The notes: generated by a model not told the origin, from the sequence alone. A stretch of 64,000 nucleotides of DNA from Chiloscyllium plagiosum (GCF_004010195.1 NC_057718.1:83926924-83990923), one strand, 5' to 3'. Counted from the first letter of the stretch, positions 1-13,014 are shown. A program made the numbers and translations.

Positions 1-242
1 GCAGAACTGTACACAGTACTCCAAAAATGGTGTGCTAAATGTCTTCTTAACCACTCTGTCCACGTGTGATGCAACTTTCAAAGAATGTGGAGGTATTTCC
101 AAGAAAAGTGGAAACTTGAATTCATGGATGAATGGAGCCAATGGAGATTAACTCAACTAGGAATGAAGTGACTAAGTTTGTTAATGTGCCTGTTCAATAA
201 ACATGAAATCCAGTATCCATATTCTAATTGAATTTCATGGTC

Positions 243-339
243 GACACAGTGGCTCAGTGGTTAGCACTGCTGCCTTAACAGTGCCAGAGACCTGTGTTTC
301 CTTCTAGCGATTGACTGTCTGTCTGTGTGGAGTTTGCAG
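243..339 (+). mobile_element. HE1-type tRNA-derived SINE, 5' part only
   Basis: A-box TGGCTCAGTGGTTAGCAC and CTGTGTGGAGTTTGCA, as in the fuller copies at 28918 and 31748; ends at a LINE tail. Confidence 0.7.
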
Positions 340-1005
340 ATTAGAGTCATAGAGATGTATAGAATGGAAACAAACCATTTGGTCCAACTAGTTCACGGTG
401 AGCATGTTCCCAAACTAAGCTCGCACCACTTACCTACTTTGGTCCTATATCCCTCAACCTTTCCCATTCATACACCCATCCAAGTATCTTTAAATGTTGT
501 ACCTAGATCCTGCACTTCCTCTGGCAGTTCATTCCATCCATTAAACATTCGGTTTTCAAAAAAAGTTGCCCCTTGTTCTTTTTAAAACTTAATCTTCCCA
601 CCTTAAAAATATGCCCCCTAGTTATGAACTCTCCCGCTTGAGGGAAAATATCCTTGTTATTCCCCTTATTTGTGACCCTTAGGATTTTATAAACCTCTAT
701 AAGATCACCCCTCAACCTCCTAAAAATGGAGAAAAAAGTCTTTGCCTATGCATCTTATTTTTATAGCTCAAATCCTTCATTCCCAGCAATATCCTGGTAC
801 ATCTTTTCTGAACCCTCACCAGTTTAATAATTCCCTTCATAATTCTTCATATGACAGGATAGTACACTGTACTCCAGAAGAGGCCTTACCAACTGTGCAA
901 CCTCAACCTGACATCCCAACTCCTACACTCAAAAGGTCTCAACAATGAAAGCAAGCATGCTAAAATGCCTTCCCAGCAACCCTGTGACACAAAGTTCAAA
1001 GAATT
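340..1005 (-). mobile_element. CR1-clade LINE 3' fragment
   Basis: Minus ORF 503..715 RGDLIEVYKI...TRGH; short tandem tail (atagagtcatagag on +). Confidence 0.8.
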
Positions 1006-3289
1006 CTCAACTTGAATCCCTTGGGGGGTCCCAAGGCACACGACGAGGCGTTCTTCCTCCAGGCGTCAAGTGGCTTTGATTTGGTGGTGTAGGAGGCCCA
1101 GGGCTTGCATGTCCTTTTTGGGATGGGCAGGGGACTTGAAGTGGTTGGCCACAGGGTGGTAGGGTTGTTTTTCCCAGAGATGTTCCCTGAAATGTTCTGC
1201 GAACATGTAACCTAGGCTGATGATAATGCAACATAGAGAATGCTACATTGGTGATGGTGTTGACTTTTGACTGCTTAGTTTGTTATGTACAATGTTAAAA
1301 AGAGATAAGGGACTTTTTTGGTGTTCTGTCTTGTATTTATTCTCCAGTCACTGTCATCAAAGCAGAATGATTATTTCATTGCATTTTGGAAACTTTTGGT
1401 GTTTGGAATCTGGCACCTACATTTTTCAGCATAACAGCTGGGAATTTATACCCATAAGTTGTGACTTGCTTTGTACTGTCTATAATTACATCTTTTTCCT
1501 TACTGTTAGCATTTTAAACTTCATTACTTGAGACTCTCTGCAGTAGAAACCAGCTGCCCTTGAGGACCTGCAGGTCTTGTGCTGTTAAGTTCTGACTTGA
1601 CATGTTGTCAAAACTTCTTAAACCGACACAGAATATTGTTTAGGAACTTTTTTTTATGAATGGACATGTTGGTTCCAGAGAGTACTTAAAAATGTGCATC
1701 TAAAGCAGTTAATTTCCATTTCGTAGTATTATTCTTGGTAGCATTTTTTAAGAAAAGATTTTTGCTCTCAGCATGATTAGTCTGTAAGAGTTTGTTTATA
1801 GAGTAGTAGAGCTTCTGGAAAATATGTTATAGTTTTATCTGCTGTCAGTTATGTTATGTAATGCAATGCTTCACCATATTTGTGTTGCAGAAACCAGCGG
1901 ATTCCTTGTTCTGTTTGGGCTGTGCTAAAATCACAGTAAAAATATTAGAGAACATCAGGTCATTTGTCATTTTATAAAGCTATTCATCTAAAATGCAGTT
2001 CAGATATTTGTGATTTCACTGTAGCCCTAAGTTTGATCAAGCCTTGCTCATTGTCTCATGCGGACTTTGTCAAGTGTTGAAAGTGTGTGGGAAAAATGGT
2101 TGGCATGCAAAGAATATGAATAGTGCTCAGATAAGAATAAAGTTAAAGTGGTCGAGAAACCTTAGTAGACTTGATGCTTTTGAAATATAACCAGTTCAGT
2201 GTGGCAATCGGCAAAACACTTAATATTGAATGGTGTAGTCAGAACCGAGCAAATAAATTATAATCATAATGCAGATACAGTCCAATTTCGCTTTCAACAC
2301 TCTGTTCAGTTCTAATCATGGAGGCATGAAGAGGGTAGACAAAGGCTAGAAGCAATGCAAAGAGGAGCTACAAGGCTGATTCCTGATGTTAATAGTATAA
2401 ATTCTGATGGAAGGATGGAGAGATTTTAGAAGCCTGTAAATTCATTAACAGAATTGACAAAGTAAATCTGGAACATAAATTTGAAATTTAATTTGGAGAT
2501 CAAAGCAAGGGGACATTGGTTCAACTGATTAAATCCTAAATTTAGGACTAATTACTAGAAATTCTTCTCTCAAACTGATCAATGCATGGAATAGACTTCT
2601 ATATAGAGAAGAGGATTGAAAGAAGGGAATGTGTTGGCATAGTGGTATGCCAGAGATGCAGGTTCATGTTCTGGAGATATAGATTTGAATCTCACCACAG
2701 CAGATGGCGAAATTTGAATTCTCTTAATAAGTATTGGAACCGCAAAAGACTCATTTCACAATGGTTTACAGGGAATCTCATCTAAGGAGGACAGTTTCCT
2801 TTGTTAAAGGAAAAGGAACCAAATAGGATTTACGTCAACCCACTGTGGATATCTGTCTGTCATTAATTTCATGCTTTCACTGAGTTTTGATATCCTGGTG
2901 AGATTTAAACTTCGAATGTTGCATTGGGGTTCTGGATTACCAGTCCTGTAACATTACCCTTATGCTTCTTCTTCCCCTGACTTCAGCTTCACCCACCCAC
3001 CTATTCCATCTGTTCATGACCGTAATGGTAGGAGTAACCAGTGCACAATACTTGTGGATTCAAAGTCTGGTCCTCATGTTGAAGTTGACTTCCATTGTGT
3101 CAATGTAATACGATCACTGTGCTAAATGGGGTCAGTTTTGAATGTGTCTCGCAGCTTGATTGGGTATCCTTAAAGTACTTCAGGTCTTCAGCAGAATCTT
3201 ATTCAAACACAATTTCTTGGCCAATGCATTCCAACAACCCACTATCCTATTGCCACTCAGATAGTTACCAACTGTGGTTCAATTAAAAG

Positions 3290-4337
3290 TGCAGGACGAT
3301 GTGCCGGGCATAGTAGTAGACATACCATGGTAATGAGGTGTCAACCTATGAAACTGCAGCACTGCACTGCTTGGATGTCAAAAGGTGGAACCAGTATGCC
3401 ATTGAGCAAAGCAGTTCCAAGACCAATGGATCAGACCCAAGTATGTTGGTTCTCCCATATCCAGTCATGAACAGGAGGAATAGGCTTCACAAATAACCTA
3501 TCCTTGATGGGGGCCCAGTACATCAGTGCAAAAGACCATGCTGAAGCAGAAGTGAATAAAACAGCCCATGTCTGTAAGAGGCAAGATCTGGACAAGATTG
3601 AGACTTGGTCACATGAGCATTCTACAAGCGGCAAGCACTGGGTGTCTCCAACAGGAGAGAGTCTAACCATTCAAAGGCATTGTCATCACTGAATCTCCCA
3701 CTGTCTACATCCTGGAAATTAATATTCACCAGAAACTCAATGGCTGCAGTTTCATATTCTGCTGCTGCAAGCGGAGTTCAGAAGCTGTGAATTCTGTGGT
3801 GAGCAACTCATTCCTGTCTCCCCTGCCACCTGTCACCTGTAAGGCACAAGCCAGGAGTGTGATGGAATATTCTCAACTTGCCTAGATGTATAGCTCCAAC
3901 AGCACTGAAGAAACTCAATGCCGCCCAGGAAAAAGCAGTTCATTTTGTTGGCATCCCATTCATTACCATCAATGTTCATTTGCTTCACCACTGACATATA
4001 GTGGCAGCAGTGTGCTCAGTTTTCAAGATAAACTGCGGTAAGTTACCGTGGCTCCTTTGCAGTTTCTCAATCTGTAACTGTTATCACCAAGAAGGACATT
4101 GGCAGCCATTTCAAGGAAGTGTTACTATCTGCAAATTCCACTCAAAACCACACACCTTCCTGATTTGGAACAATATTGCTGCTCCATAATTTGCCAGGTC
4201 AAGATCCTGGAACCCACTTTCTAACACCTTAGGATTGCAACAAGGAAGCAACACATCACCACCTCTCAGGCAATCAAGAATGGGCAACAAATTCTGGCCT
4301 CACAAGTGATGGCCACATCCCACAAATGAATGGAAAA
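3290..4337 (+). mobile_element. Old CR1/L2-group LINE 3' remnant
   Basis: Decayed QDLDKIETWS motif; 3' tail GGCCACATCCCACAAATGAATG related to 30400-30640(-) and to fragments at 35790-36440. Confidence 0.55.
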
Positions 4338-5004
4338 ACAAGTAGGACTCATAAGAAATGATCTGAATGTTACATTGTGCAGCAAGGTTGTCAGATTTTG
4401 AGATTTCTGACAAATCTTGTTATACTGCTTCTTAAAAATATTGCTACTTAATTCTAAATTCACAAGATAATGAATGGTAAATGGAAATAGCATTTCAATT
4501 CAAATAATGGTGATTTAATATTTAAGGGGGCTTTTCTGGACATTTGGTGCTGGAACAACACTTCTCCTTTCAATCAACAAGCATCATTAAGAGGTTAGGT
4601 TGGTGGATCCTAATCTTTCAAGTGCATATTGATGAACAACTTACATTTAAGTACGAATGGAAAAAGCTGGGGAGACACTGTCTGGACTAAAGGCTAGTAA
4701 AATTCTGTTCATAATTAAGATGACCTGGTGTGGAGTAGTATCTTGTATTCAATATTTTACATTCTTATGTGAAGACAAGAATTCAATATTTTACGTTCCT
4801 GTATGTTGATAAAAGTGAATCTGATGTGCAAGTAAGTGAATCAGCCTAGTGAGTTGTGCAGAACCTGTACCTCATGTATTGTTCACTTGATCTGTCTTAA
4901 TAAAGTAACAAGTGTTTGTGGAAAAGATAAGAATATCCAGTTTGAGTTACTAGAGGGTAATACTGTTACATCTCTGGTTATACTATCGTGCAAGTAAATG
5001 TCGA

Positions 5005-5830
5005 AACATAGGAGCAGGAGTAAGCCATTCATCCTTAAGATTCACTGTTCAATAAGATCATGGTTGATCTGTTTGTGTCTCCAGTCCACCTTTCTGTCTA
5101 CCCTTCCAAAAACCCTTTACTCCTTTGTCTGTCAAAACTGTTACAGCCTCCACTGGTTTCTGAGTAAGATTATTCCACAGACAGAAATTTTTTAAAAAAT
5201 TCTCATCTTCATGTTAAAAGAGTATTTTTTTTATTAGAGTCATGCAGTTTTTATAGCTTCAAAAGAAACTCTTTGGCACATTGTGTCCATGCTGGGTCAT
5301 CATGATATCCATCTGTTGTAATCCTCTTTACCAGCACTTGGCCCTTGGCTTTGTATGCTTGGGGGTTTCCATCTAAATACTACTAAAATGTCTTGTGGGC
5401 TCCCCCCTCTACCACCCTTTGTGGCAGTGACTTCCTGATATCCATCACACTTTTGGTGAAAACATTTTTCCTCAAATTCCTTCTAAACATCCCACACCTT
5501 ATCTTAAAACTGTATCTCCTGGTTAGTGACCCATCTGCCAAAGGGAAAAGTGTCTCCCCATCTATCGTGTGCCTCAGTACTTTGTACATTTCATTCAGAT
5601 GTCCCCTTTGGCTTTCTCCCTCTCGGGGAAAACAACTCCAGCCGAGTCAGCTTCTTTTCGTAGCTGTGTTGTTCCAGTACAGACAACATTCTGGTGAATC
5701 TCTTCTCCACCCACTCTAGTGCAGTCACATCTTTCTTACAATATGATGATCAGGACTGCACATATTCATTCAGTTGTGGCCCAACTAACATTATGAATTA
5801 CTCCATCATAACCTCCTTGCTCTTGTATTA
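5005..5830 (-). mobile_element. CR1 LINE 3' fragments (two adjacent)
   Basis: Minus ORF 5383..5589 resembles the CR1 ORF2 C-terminus; tails at ~5005 and ~5233. Confidence 0.65.
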
Positions 5831-6741
5831 GCCAAGGCATTGAATACACTTACCTTGGACTGGATCTTGCATGTTTCAATAAGATGAGCTTTGTTTCTAA
5901 ACTGTATTGTATAATATAGATAAGGATGAGCAGTTAAACTGTTCAATGTTGTTTCTTGAGATAAGTTGTGCATTCTGGAAATTTGATGAATTAACCTCTG
6001 AGCTACTTCTAAGCAATTGTCTCTTCGTTTTCAAATAAGACGTCCAAACTGTAATTTAGATGTGGTCCAATCCATAAATGGTGCCATTCCACTTGTCTTC
6101 GTAATCATTGCTCTCTTTGCTTTCTAAATCTTGTGACTCGTGTTTTAAGGTACCAGGAACCCTTTAAACCTGAATTTTAATTTTTTTTCTGGATATAAAT
6201 AACACGTTGCTTTTCTGCTCCAACTAAAGTGGAAAACTGCACATTTTCCCATTTTTGGCAATTTTTTCCCCCCACACTCCCTTCAGATGCACACATCTCT
6301 TAGTATATGCTCTATCTCCTCTTGACAACTTACCTCACCTCCCGACCTTTCTTGGTATCTTTCACAAATTTTGCTACCATATGTTTGGTCTCAGGTGGTC
6401 AACTTGCAGAGAAGTGAGACTCTTGGACAGTATATGTCAGTGACTGATAACACTGTGCCAAGAGGATACTTTTTGCCAGACCGACAGTTGTAATCTTGAC
6501 TTGATCTTTCTGTATAAATGAATTTGGGTGAGCCCAAAGACCTTCCATGTCTGTAATGATCCAGTAAAAAAAATTGTTTCTATCAAGCAATTTTAAAGCA
6601 TGCACCTGAAATGCCACAGGTGTGGATTGATTTTTCTTTCAGTATTTGAAGTATGACAAGAAATTTTGTTTGTTTGATTTGCATTAATTAATTTGTGTTT
6701 GCTCTTTAATTGTTAATTATTTTTCCATTTGCTATTGTCAG

Positions 6742-6867
6742 GTTCAACAACAGGTACATCCCAAACTTGCCTCTACTGAGGATGCCTTGCAATACATTGA
6801 AGAGCTAATCCTACAATTGCTGAGCATGCTTTGTTTAGCCCAACCTCGTAGTGTTCAAGATGTGGAG
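6742..6867 (+). CDS. SOS1: SOS1 coding exon (human exon 2 equivalent), histone-fold domain
   Basis: ttgtcag|GTT...GAG|gtaagg; 126 nt, phase 0/0; [42 protein letters not shown] matches the SOS N-terminus. Not in the ORF track. Confidence 0.95.
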
Positions 6868-7860
6868 GTAAGGTGATATCACGTTACAAGTGCTTGAATT
6901 GCATCGGGAGGTCCAATTCTTTCGCTTTGTAAACAATTGCTCATTCTTACTGATGTTCATTTTGCAGTGATGAACTTGTTTGGATAACCTTTCCATTTTA
7001 TTTCATAAGTTAGGACTTTTCTTCATTGTCTTTGCTTTCGGTTCAAAATTATATAGTTCCCCTTTTCTTCATTTACCTTCCACGCCCCCAGGCTCAATCT
7101 ATCATCTTTACACTGTCATCGTTCTTTTTTGCTCCAACCATGCTGCCATTATTGATTTTCCCACCTTAGTTTCAAACTGACAGTCCTGCCTTCAGCATGG
7201 CACCCAACTCCCACACTAGTTATTATTTCCCGTACCACTGACATCATGGTGGAAGATGCAGCTAGGAATGAACCAATATTGTTAAAGTTCCATCCTACAG
7301 TAAATGAAGATGAAGATAACAGAAGCACAAACGAGCATTTCAGCTGAAGCTGGGTGATCATAAAGGTGGATAGGCTGGACTTTGTAATGCACCATGACGT
7401 AAGTTTTGCAGCTTAGGTCAGGGCTAGACAGGATTGCAGTCTTTTCAGTTTTTCCCAAAATGATAACTAGGAAAGGGTAGAAACTGGTGGTGCTTTAAGT
7501 TGTCTAAGGTTGTAATCAGCATATATTGTTGAAACTGAGACTGTGTGGCTTTCGATGATGCGAAAAGTAAGCAAATAGGTAAGTTGAAGGCAAATATCTT
7601 TGAAGGTGTGCATGGGCAGTTGGAAACAGATGCTATTACTAAAGGTTCTTTGGGTCCAACTTGGATAGGTTAGTGGTAATATTGGAAGAGGTGGGCATGG
7701 ATGGGAGATAAGGATGGAAATTGGAGAGATTTTTAAATTAAATCTGCAACCAGATTGTTTATAACATTAAACATAGATCCTTTTCCTGATAAATTTATTT
7801 ACAGAATGCAACATTATGTGCTGTATGCTGGTATTAACGTTTGGTCCCAGCCAGTAGTCT

Positions 7861-8457
7861 GTGTTTTCAATCAGTCTGTTCAGATATGATATGATACACG
7901 CACACCTGGAGCAGGTAGGACTCAAACCTGGACCTTCTGGTCCAGAAGTAGAGACATTACCACTTCACCACAAGACTCACCGACCGAAGTCACTCTTCAA
8001 AAGTGACTCATACTACTTAGCCAAACATTTAGCCTTCACCTATGTGGATATTTTCTAATCGACTGGTTCAGAGATGTCACCACATGACTCTGGAGCAGGT
8101 GGCCCCTGAACCTGGGCTTCTGATTCAGATGTAAGGACGCTACCACTGCAATATAGGAACCCCTGAATGTTTTCAATCAATCTATTTTAAGACACCTCTG
8201 GAGCAGGTAGGACTTCTGGCCCAGGGGACGAGACGCTACCAAAAGTAAATTCTAATTAGCCTGTTCAGAATACAATTGCATACTTCAGGGGAGAGTGAGA
8301 TTTCAGTTCGGGCCTTAAGGCTCCAAGGTAACTACGCTAGAAATTTCCTAACTAACTTGTTCAGAGCTGTTATGACGCACCTCTCGAGCAGTTGGGACTT
8401 GAACCCAGGGTCTCCTGGCTCAGAGATAGGGTAACTATCATTGCACCACAAAAGACT
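7861..8457 (-). repeat. Head-to-tail cluster of ~5 diverged short tRNA-derived SINE units
   Basis: Units start near 7861, 8045, 8165, 8243 and 8338; the last reads on minus TGGTGCAATGATAG (A-box) ... GGTTCAAGTCC (B-box). Confidence 0.75.
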
Positions 8458-8699
8458 TTCACCTGAGTATCTTGTAAATCTAATTACATAGCTGTTAAAA
8501 CACTTGGACCAACCTCCATTCAATAAGGATTGGAAAATAAGCTGAGAGAACTGGGAAAGTGTAAGATTTACACACTTGTTCATAAAGTTATAGATCCAAC
8601 AGTTATAAATCAAGCTGTTGAAACTGTGCTGGGAAAGCTTTAAAATTAATATTTTAGAATCAGCTTACCAGTCATTTGGTCAAATCTGGACTCTAAAAG

Positions 8700-10110
8700 G
8701 GAAGTCAACATAAATATAAGGGCAAATTCTTGTGTTTAACTAACTTGGTTGAATTTCTTTGTAACAGATTTGATGAGATGTGTGTTTTTTGTAGTCTGTG
8801 GAATTACAAATGATGTTATTAAAGTGCTGTGTCAAGCTTATCAGCAATTCGAAATCCATTTAATAACTACTGTTACTGTCTCTTTTATCTAGTTGACTGA
8901 GGGTTAGGAAGCAGTAATGGTTAACAGTTAATCTTCAAACTTGAGGTTTCCAAGCACTGGTATTTTGACTGCTGTTCATCTCTGTTAATACCTGGACTTG
9001 GGAATGTAAAGCATAATTTGAAACTTTTTGGATGATGATGCAAAACTTCGAATATTGTGAACTGAGAATTAGATGTTGGTAGACTCCAGTAGGGCTTGTG
9101 CTAGTGGAATGGGTGGATATGTTCGAGACAAATTTAATTTAGGGAAATGTGAATTGTTTCATTTTTCTGGAAAGGAGGAGGAGAGTCAGTACAAATTGAA
9201 GAGGACCATTCCACATTGAGTACAAGACTAGAAATACCTAGGCATGCATGTGCATGAGTCATTGAAGATGGCTGGGCAGTTTGAGAAAATGTATAAAAAG
9301 ACAGATTCCTCAGATATATGAATAGAGGCATGGAGTTCAAAAGCATGTTATACTGAACCTTTATAAAACATTGGTTCATCCTGAACTGAAACATTGTGTC
9401 CATTTCAGGGCATTGAACTTGAGGAAAAATGTCAATGGTTTAGAGATGATGCAGAGAATTTTTTTGAAGAGAATTTTTGCAGGATGAAGGTCTTCAAATA
9501 TATCCATGTAACCATGAAGAGAAGATTGAAAGGAGATTTTGTAGAGATGTTCAAAATCATGAGAGGTTCAGATGGAGTGCATCAAGAGAAACTATTCCCA
9601 TTTGCAAAAGATTTGAGAACCTGTAGGGACAGATTTTGTGACTGGCAAAAGCACCAAAAGTGACATGAGAAAATGTTTAACACAACAAGGTGATAAGGCT
9701 CAGGACTAGAATGAGGTAAAAACAATGACTGCAGAGGCTGGAAACCAGATTCTGGATTAGTGGTGCTGGAAGAGCACAGCAGTTCAGGCAGCATCCGAGG
9801 ACAGGCAAAATCCGAGGACAGGCAAAATCGACGTTTCGGGCAAAAGCCCTTCATCACCCGAAACGTCGATTTTGCCTGTCCTCGGATGCTGCCTGAACTG
9901 CTGTGCTCTTCCAGCATCACTAATCCAGAATCAGGACTAGAATGTCTAAGTGTATAAGGCTGTTTCAATTGTGTATTTCAATAGAAAATTGAATGAGCAT
10001 CTGAAGATGAAAAAGTATTTATGGGGATAGGACGCATGTACAACTCGCTAAATTGTCCTATTGAAGAACTATCACATGGTCACTTGTTCTGTAAGCTAAC
10101 TATGATGGAA
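8700..10110 (+). mobile_element. Old CR1 LINE RT/3' remnant, host of the 9714-9930 insertion
   Basis: ORF 9394..9663 RRLKGDFVEMFKIMRG..EKLFP; decayed RT motifs upstream. Confidence 0.65.
9714..9930. mobile_element. Fold-back Penelope-like non-autonomous insertion, family B, with truncated hammerhead motif
   Basis: TSD TCAGGACTAGAATG at 9700-9713 and 9931-9944; inverted arms 9748-9840 / 9857-9932; 34-nt unpaired tail 9714-9747. Confidence 0.8.
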
Positions 10111-10818
10111 AGTCTGAAGGAAGAAAGAGAAGGGGAAATCTTGAGAATATTAAGGTAGTGGTAGGCGGTCCATAGATAATTTTAAAAGTGATTTGAGAGG
10201 TGTGGAACATATGAGATGCTCAAAGCAGGAAGTAGTGCCACTGAACTGGGCAGAGCAACCAAAATGTGACTTGTATTATGAAGACCCGATCACCATTGAT
10301 TTTTGTTGTTATGAACCGTTTCTGCTTTTTCCTATCTTGAGTAATTACTCATATAAGATATCATCTCAAATGCCAAATTAAGTTTGATTTAAACATTGTG
10401 ACCTTTCATGAGGCTTGATTTCATTTTAGCACTTTAAGGCATTACAATTAATTACCTGTTTGTCTCCTTTTAATTATTTAAAATTAGGGTCTGTATAAAA
10501 TACATTTGCATTGAACTGTTATTCTTTAATTTGTTGCTGTTTGAAATTCAATAAATCCAATATATTACCTTCTGCAGTATTTTCTAGGTCTCTGAACCAA
10601 GTACAGATTTTATTGAAATTTTCAAAGCTCTACCATGATTTCAGTTATGTTTGGGGCTCATCGAAGTTCATGTTAAGCTACAAAGATTTCACTAGATGTA
10701 TGGTTTCCGCAGTTCATGACTGAAATGCACAGTAGTCTGCTTGCAATGAGAATTACATGATACAGTGATAAAAATCACACAACACCAGGTTATAGTCCAA
10801 CAGGTTTAATTGGAAGCA

Positions 10819-10853
10819 CACTAGCTTTCAGAGCGACACTCCTTCATCAGGTG
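10819..10853 (-). ncRNA. Minimal type I hammerhead ribozyme motif (antisense)
   Basis: Reverse complement: CAC-CUGAUGA-A-GGAGU(GUC)GCUCU-GAAA-GCUA^GUG; stem II retained through two G-U pairs. Confidence 0.7.
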
Positions 10854-10878
10854 ATTGTGATGATCACCTGATCACAGT

Positions 10879-10913
10879 CATCTGATGAAGGAGCGTCGCT
10901 CCGAAAGCTCGTG
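10879..10913 (+). ncRNA. Minimal type I hammerhead ribozyme motif (sense to SOS1)
   Basis: CAU-CUGAUGA-A-GGAGC(GUC)GCUCC-GAAA-GCUC^GUG; 5-bp stem II, palindromic AGCU helix III, 3-bp stem I. Confidence 0.75.
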
Positions 10914-12280
10914 TGCTTCCAATTAAACCTGTTGGACTATAACCTGGTGTTGTGTGATTTTTAACTTTGTACACCCCGTCCAACACCGGCATCTCCAAAT
11001 CGTGATACAGTGAAGCTTAGACTTTGCTGAGGTCTCAGAATTGTAACACCTCTAAAGCTATGATTATGTAGTATTCCTGGTTTAATCCAACAAATTGGTT
11101 AATTGCTACACATATTAGTATTTAAAATGGCTCATACATCCAAGAAGAAACATCTTATTTAAGAATATAGTTATTTGTACTAGAGCCAAACGTTCTTCTT
11201 GAAACTTGCCGCATCAGCATTTGAGTCAAAATGCCTCACCACTTCAGCATCAGTTGCGCATTTATTTTGACTGTATTTAACATTTATTTATTTCACAGAT
11301 CAAATGCGTTCAGAATAATAGCAATTTATAGCATGTGAAACCTTCTGAATGCTGTATTGCTTAAGTTCTATCAACTTGTCATTTTTCCTCAATTCTGTAA
11401 GATTTTCATTTTTTTTAAAAAGGAGTTACTGTATGTGCCATAATTAATGAATTTATCAGCATTGTTTATTTTAATTTGTATTTATTGTATCAATGCAGCA
11501 CCTATAATAAAAGAGCAGACTGAATCCAAAGTCACAGTCTGGAGGCCACGCTTGCACTTGGGTTTATCCATTCGAACAAGATTGTATCTATACTATATCA
11601 TTTGTTCAATCATCGCGGAGAACAGTGCGATGTAAATATAATTCTCAAGAGGTTGATAGTATATAGCAACATTGCTGAGAAAAGTCACTTTTGTCATGCA
11701 CTCAATATAAAGTTCAAGAAGAAACCAACATTTATACTGCATGAGAGGAGACAGCTAATTGGTTGGCAAGTGGGCTGTGATGGGCAGAGGCATTGCAGCA
11801 GAGAATTTAACCATTAGTGCTGATTGCCAGTTCACAGTCAGGCTTTGTTTAAGTTTTAAATCAGACAGGTTGACCTGTCCTGAAGAGTACAAAATGAAAA
11901 GCTTTGACAGAATGTATTTTTTCAATAATAGTCATATTCTGTACTACCAAACGATTATTTAGCACTACATGATCATTGGGCTTAAATGTTTCCTGTTTCT
12001 GTATTTGTTCGAGTCGAAATTATATCTGTCTGATTTTAGAGTTTTCACAGATTTGATCAATATTATTTAAGTAGTACAAGGAAATTTTCTTGAAACATCA
12101 AAGAACTGGAGTATTCATGTGTAGGGGAGGATGGCTTGTTGAGATGCATATTCAAATTTTCAGTTTAGTATTCTAAGTAAATTATTGGTACAATTTGAAT
12201 ATGTTAATAAATGTCAGTGTCGTGCAAGTGACTAATAACTGAAATTGCAGAATACAGCTTTATTAAAAATCTGTTTTTAG

Positions 12281-12424
<144 letters not shown>

Positions 12425-13014
12425 TAATTAAACTTATGATTTTTGAAACATTTATGTGGCAGTTAAATTTAATTAATGAGTGGGGAGTTTGTCTACCGAT
12501 ATTGCTGATATGGCTACAATTTTCAGTGACCATCAGGCAATAATCATTGAACAGTCCTCAATTATTTTGCCAGTATTTAGACTGCCCTAAAACTTTGGAT
12601 TAAGTTTATACTCATAGCTTGTCCCTTTGTAGAAATTCTGTTTGTTATCCATCACACTTTTGTCAACAAAATACAGATTCCACTATGTTTACAAAGAGGA
12701 TCTGGAGTTGTTGGGGGTCCTTCCCTGTTTGACCCAAAGGCATATGCTGCAGGAAATGTGGACTTTATTGTATTTTTTCTTTGTCTCTGGACTGCTGTTC
12801 AGGATACCTGACCACTGGGCATAACCATTATAAGTGCATTATATGCTTCTGATTACAATCCCTTAAACATTCATCTTCCAGGGAAAGGGTAGAATTTATG
12901 AAATGTGTATGGAGACATTGAATATCTCAAGCTAATTCTGTTGTATTCAGCCACAGATGTTAGTTGTATTTTTGTTTCTGCATCAACCTCCATTCCCTCT
13001 TTCTGTACTATCTC

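Larger units (their letters stand above)
10769..11002. mobile_element. Fold-back Penelope-like non-autonomous insertion, family A, with two hammerhead motifs
   Basis: TSD TGATACAGTGA at 10758-10768 and 11003-11013; inverted arms 10769-10861 / 10871-10963; 39-nt tail 10964-11002. Confidence 0.85.

Noticed and set aside
7861..8457. CRISPR-like repeat array
   Set aside because: Eukaryotic intron, units long and diverged, no unique spacers and no cas genes.
9582..9968. Overlapping antisense ORFs (128 aa and 65 aa) with shared peptide
   Set aside because: This follows from the palindromic insertion and is not evidence of coding.
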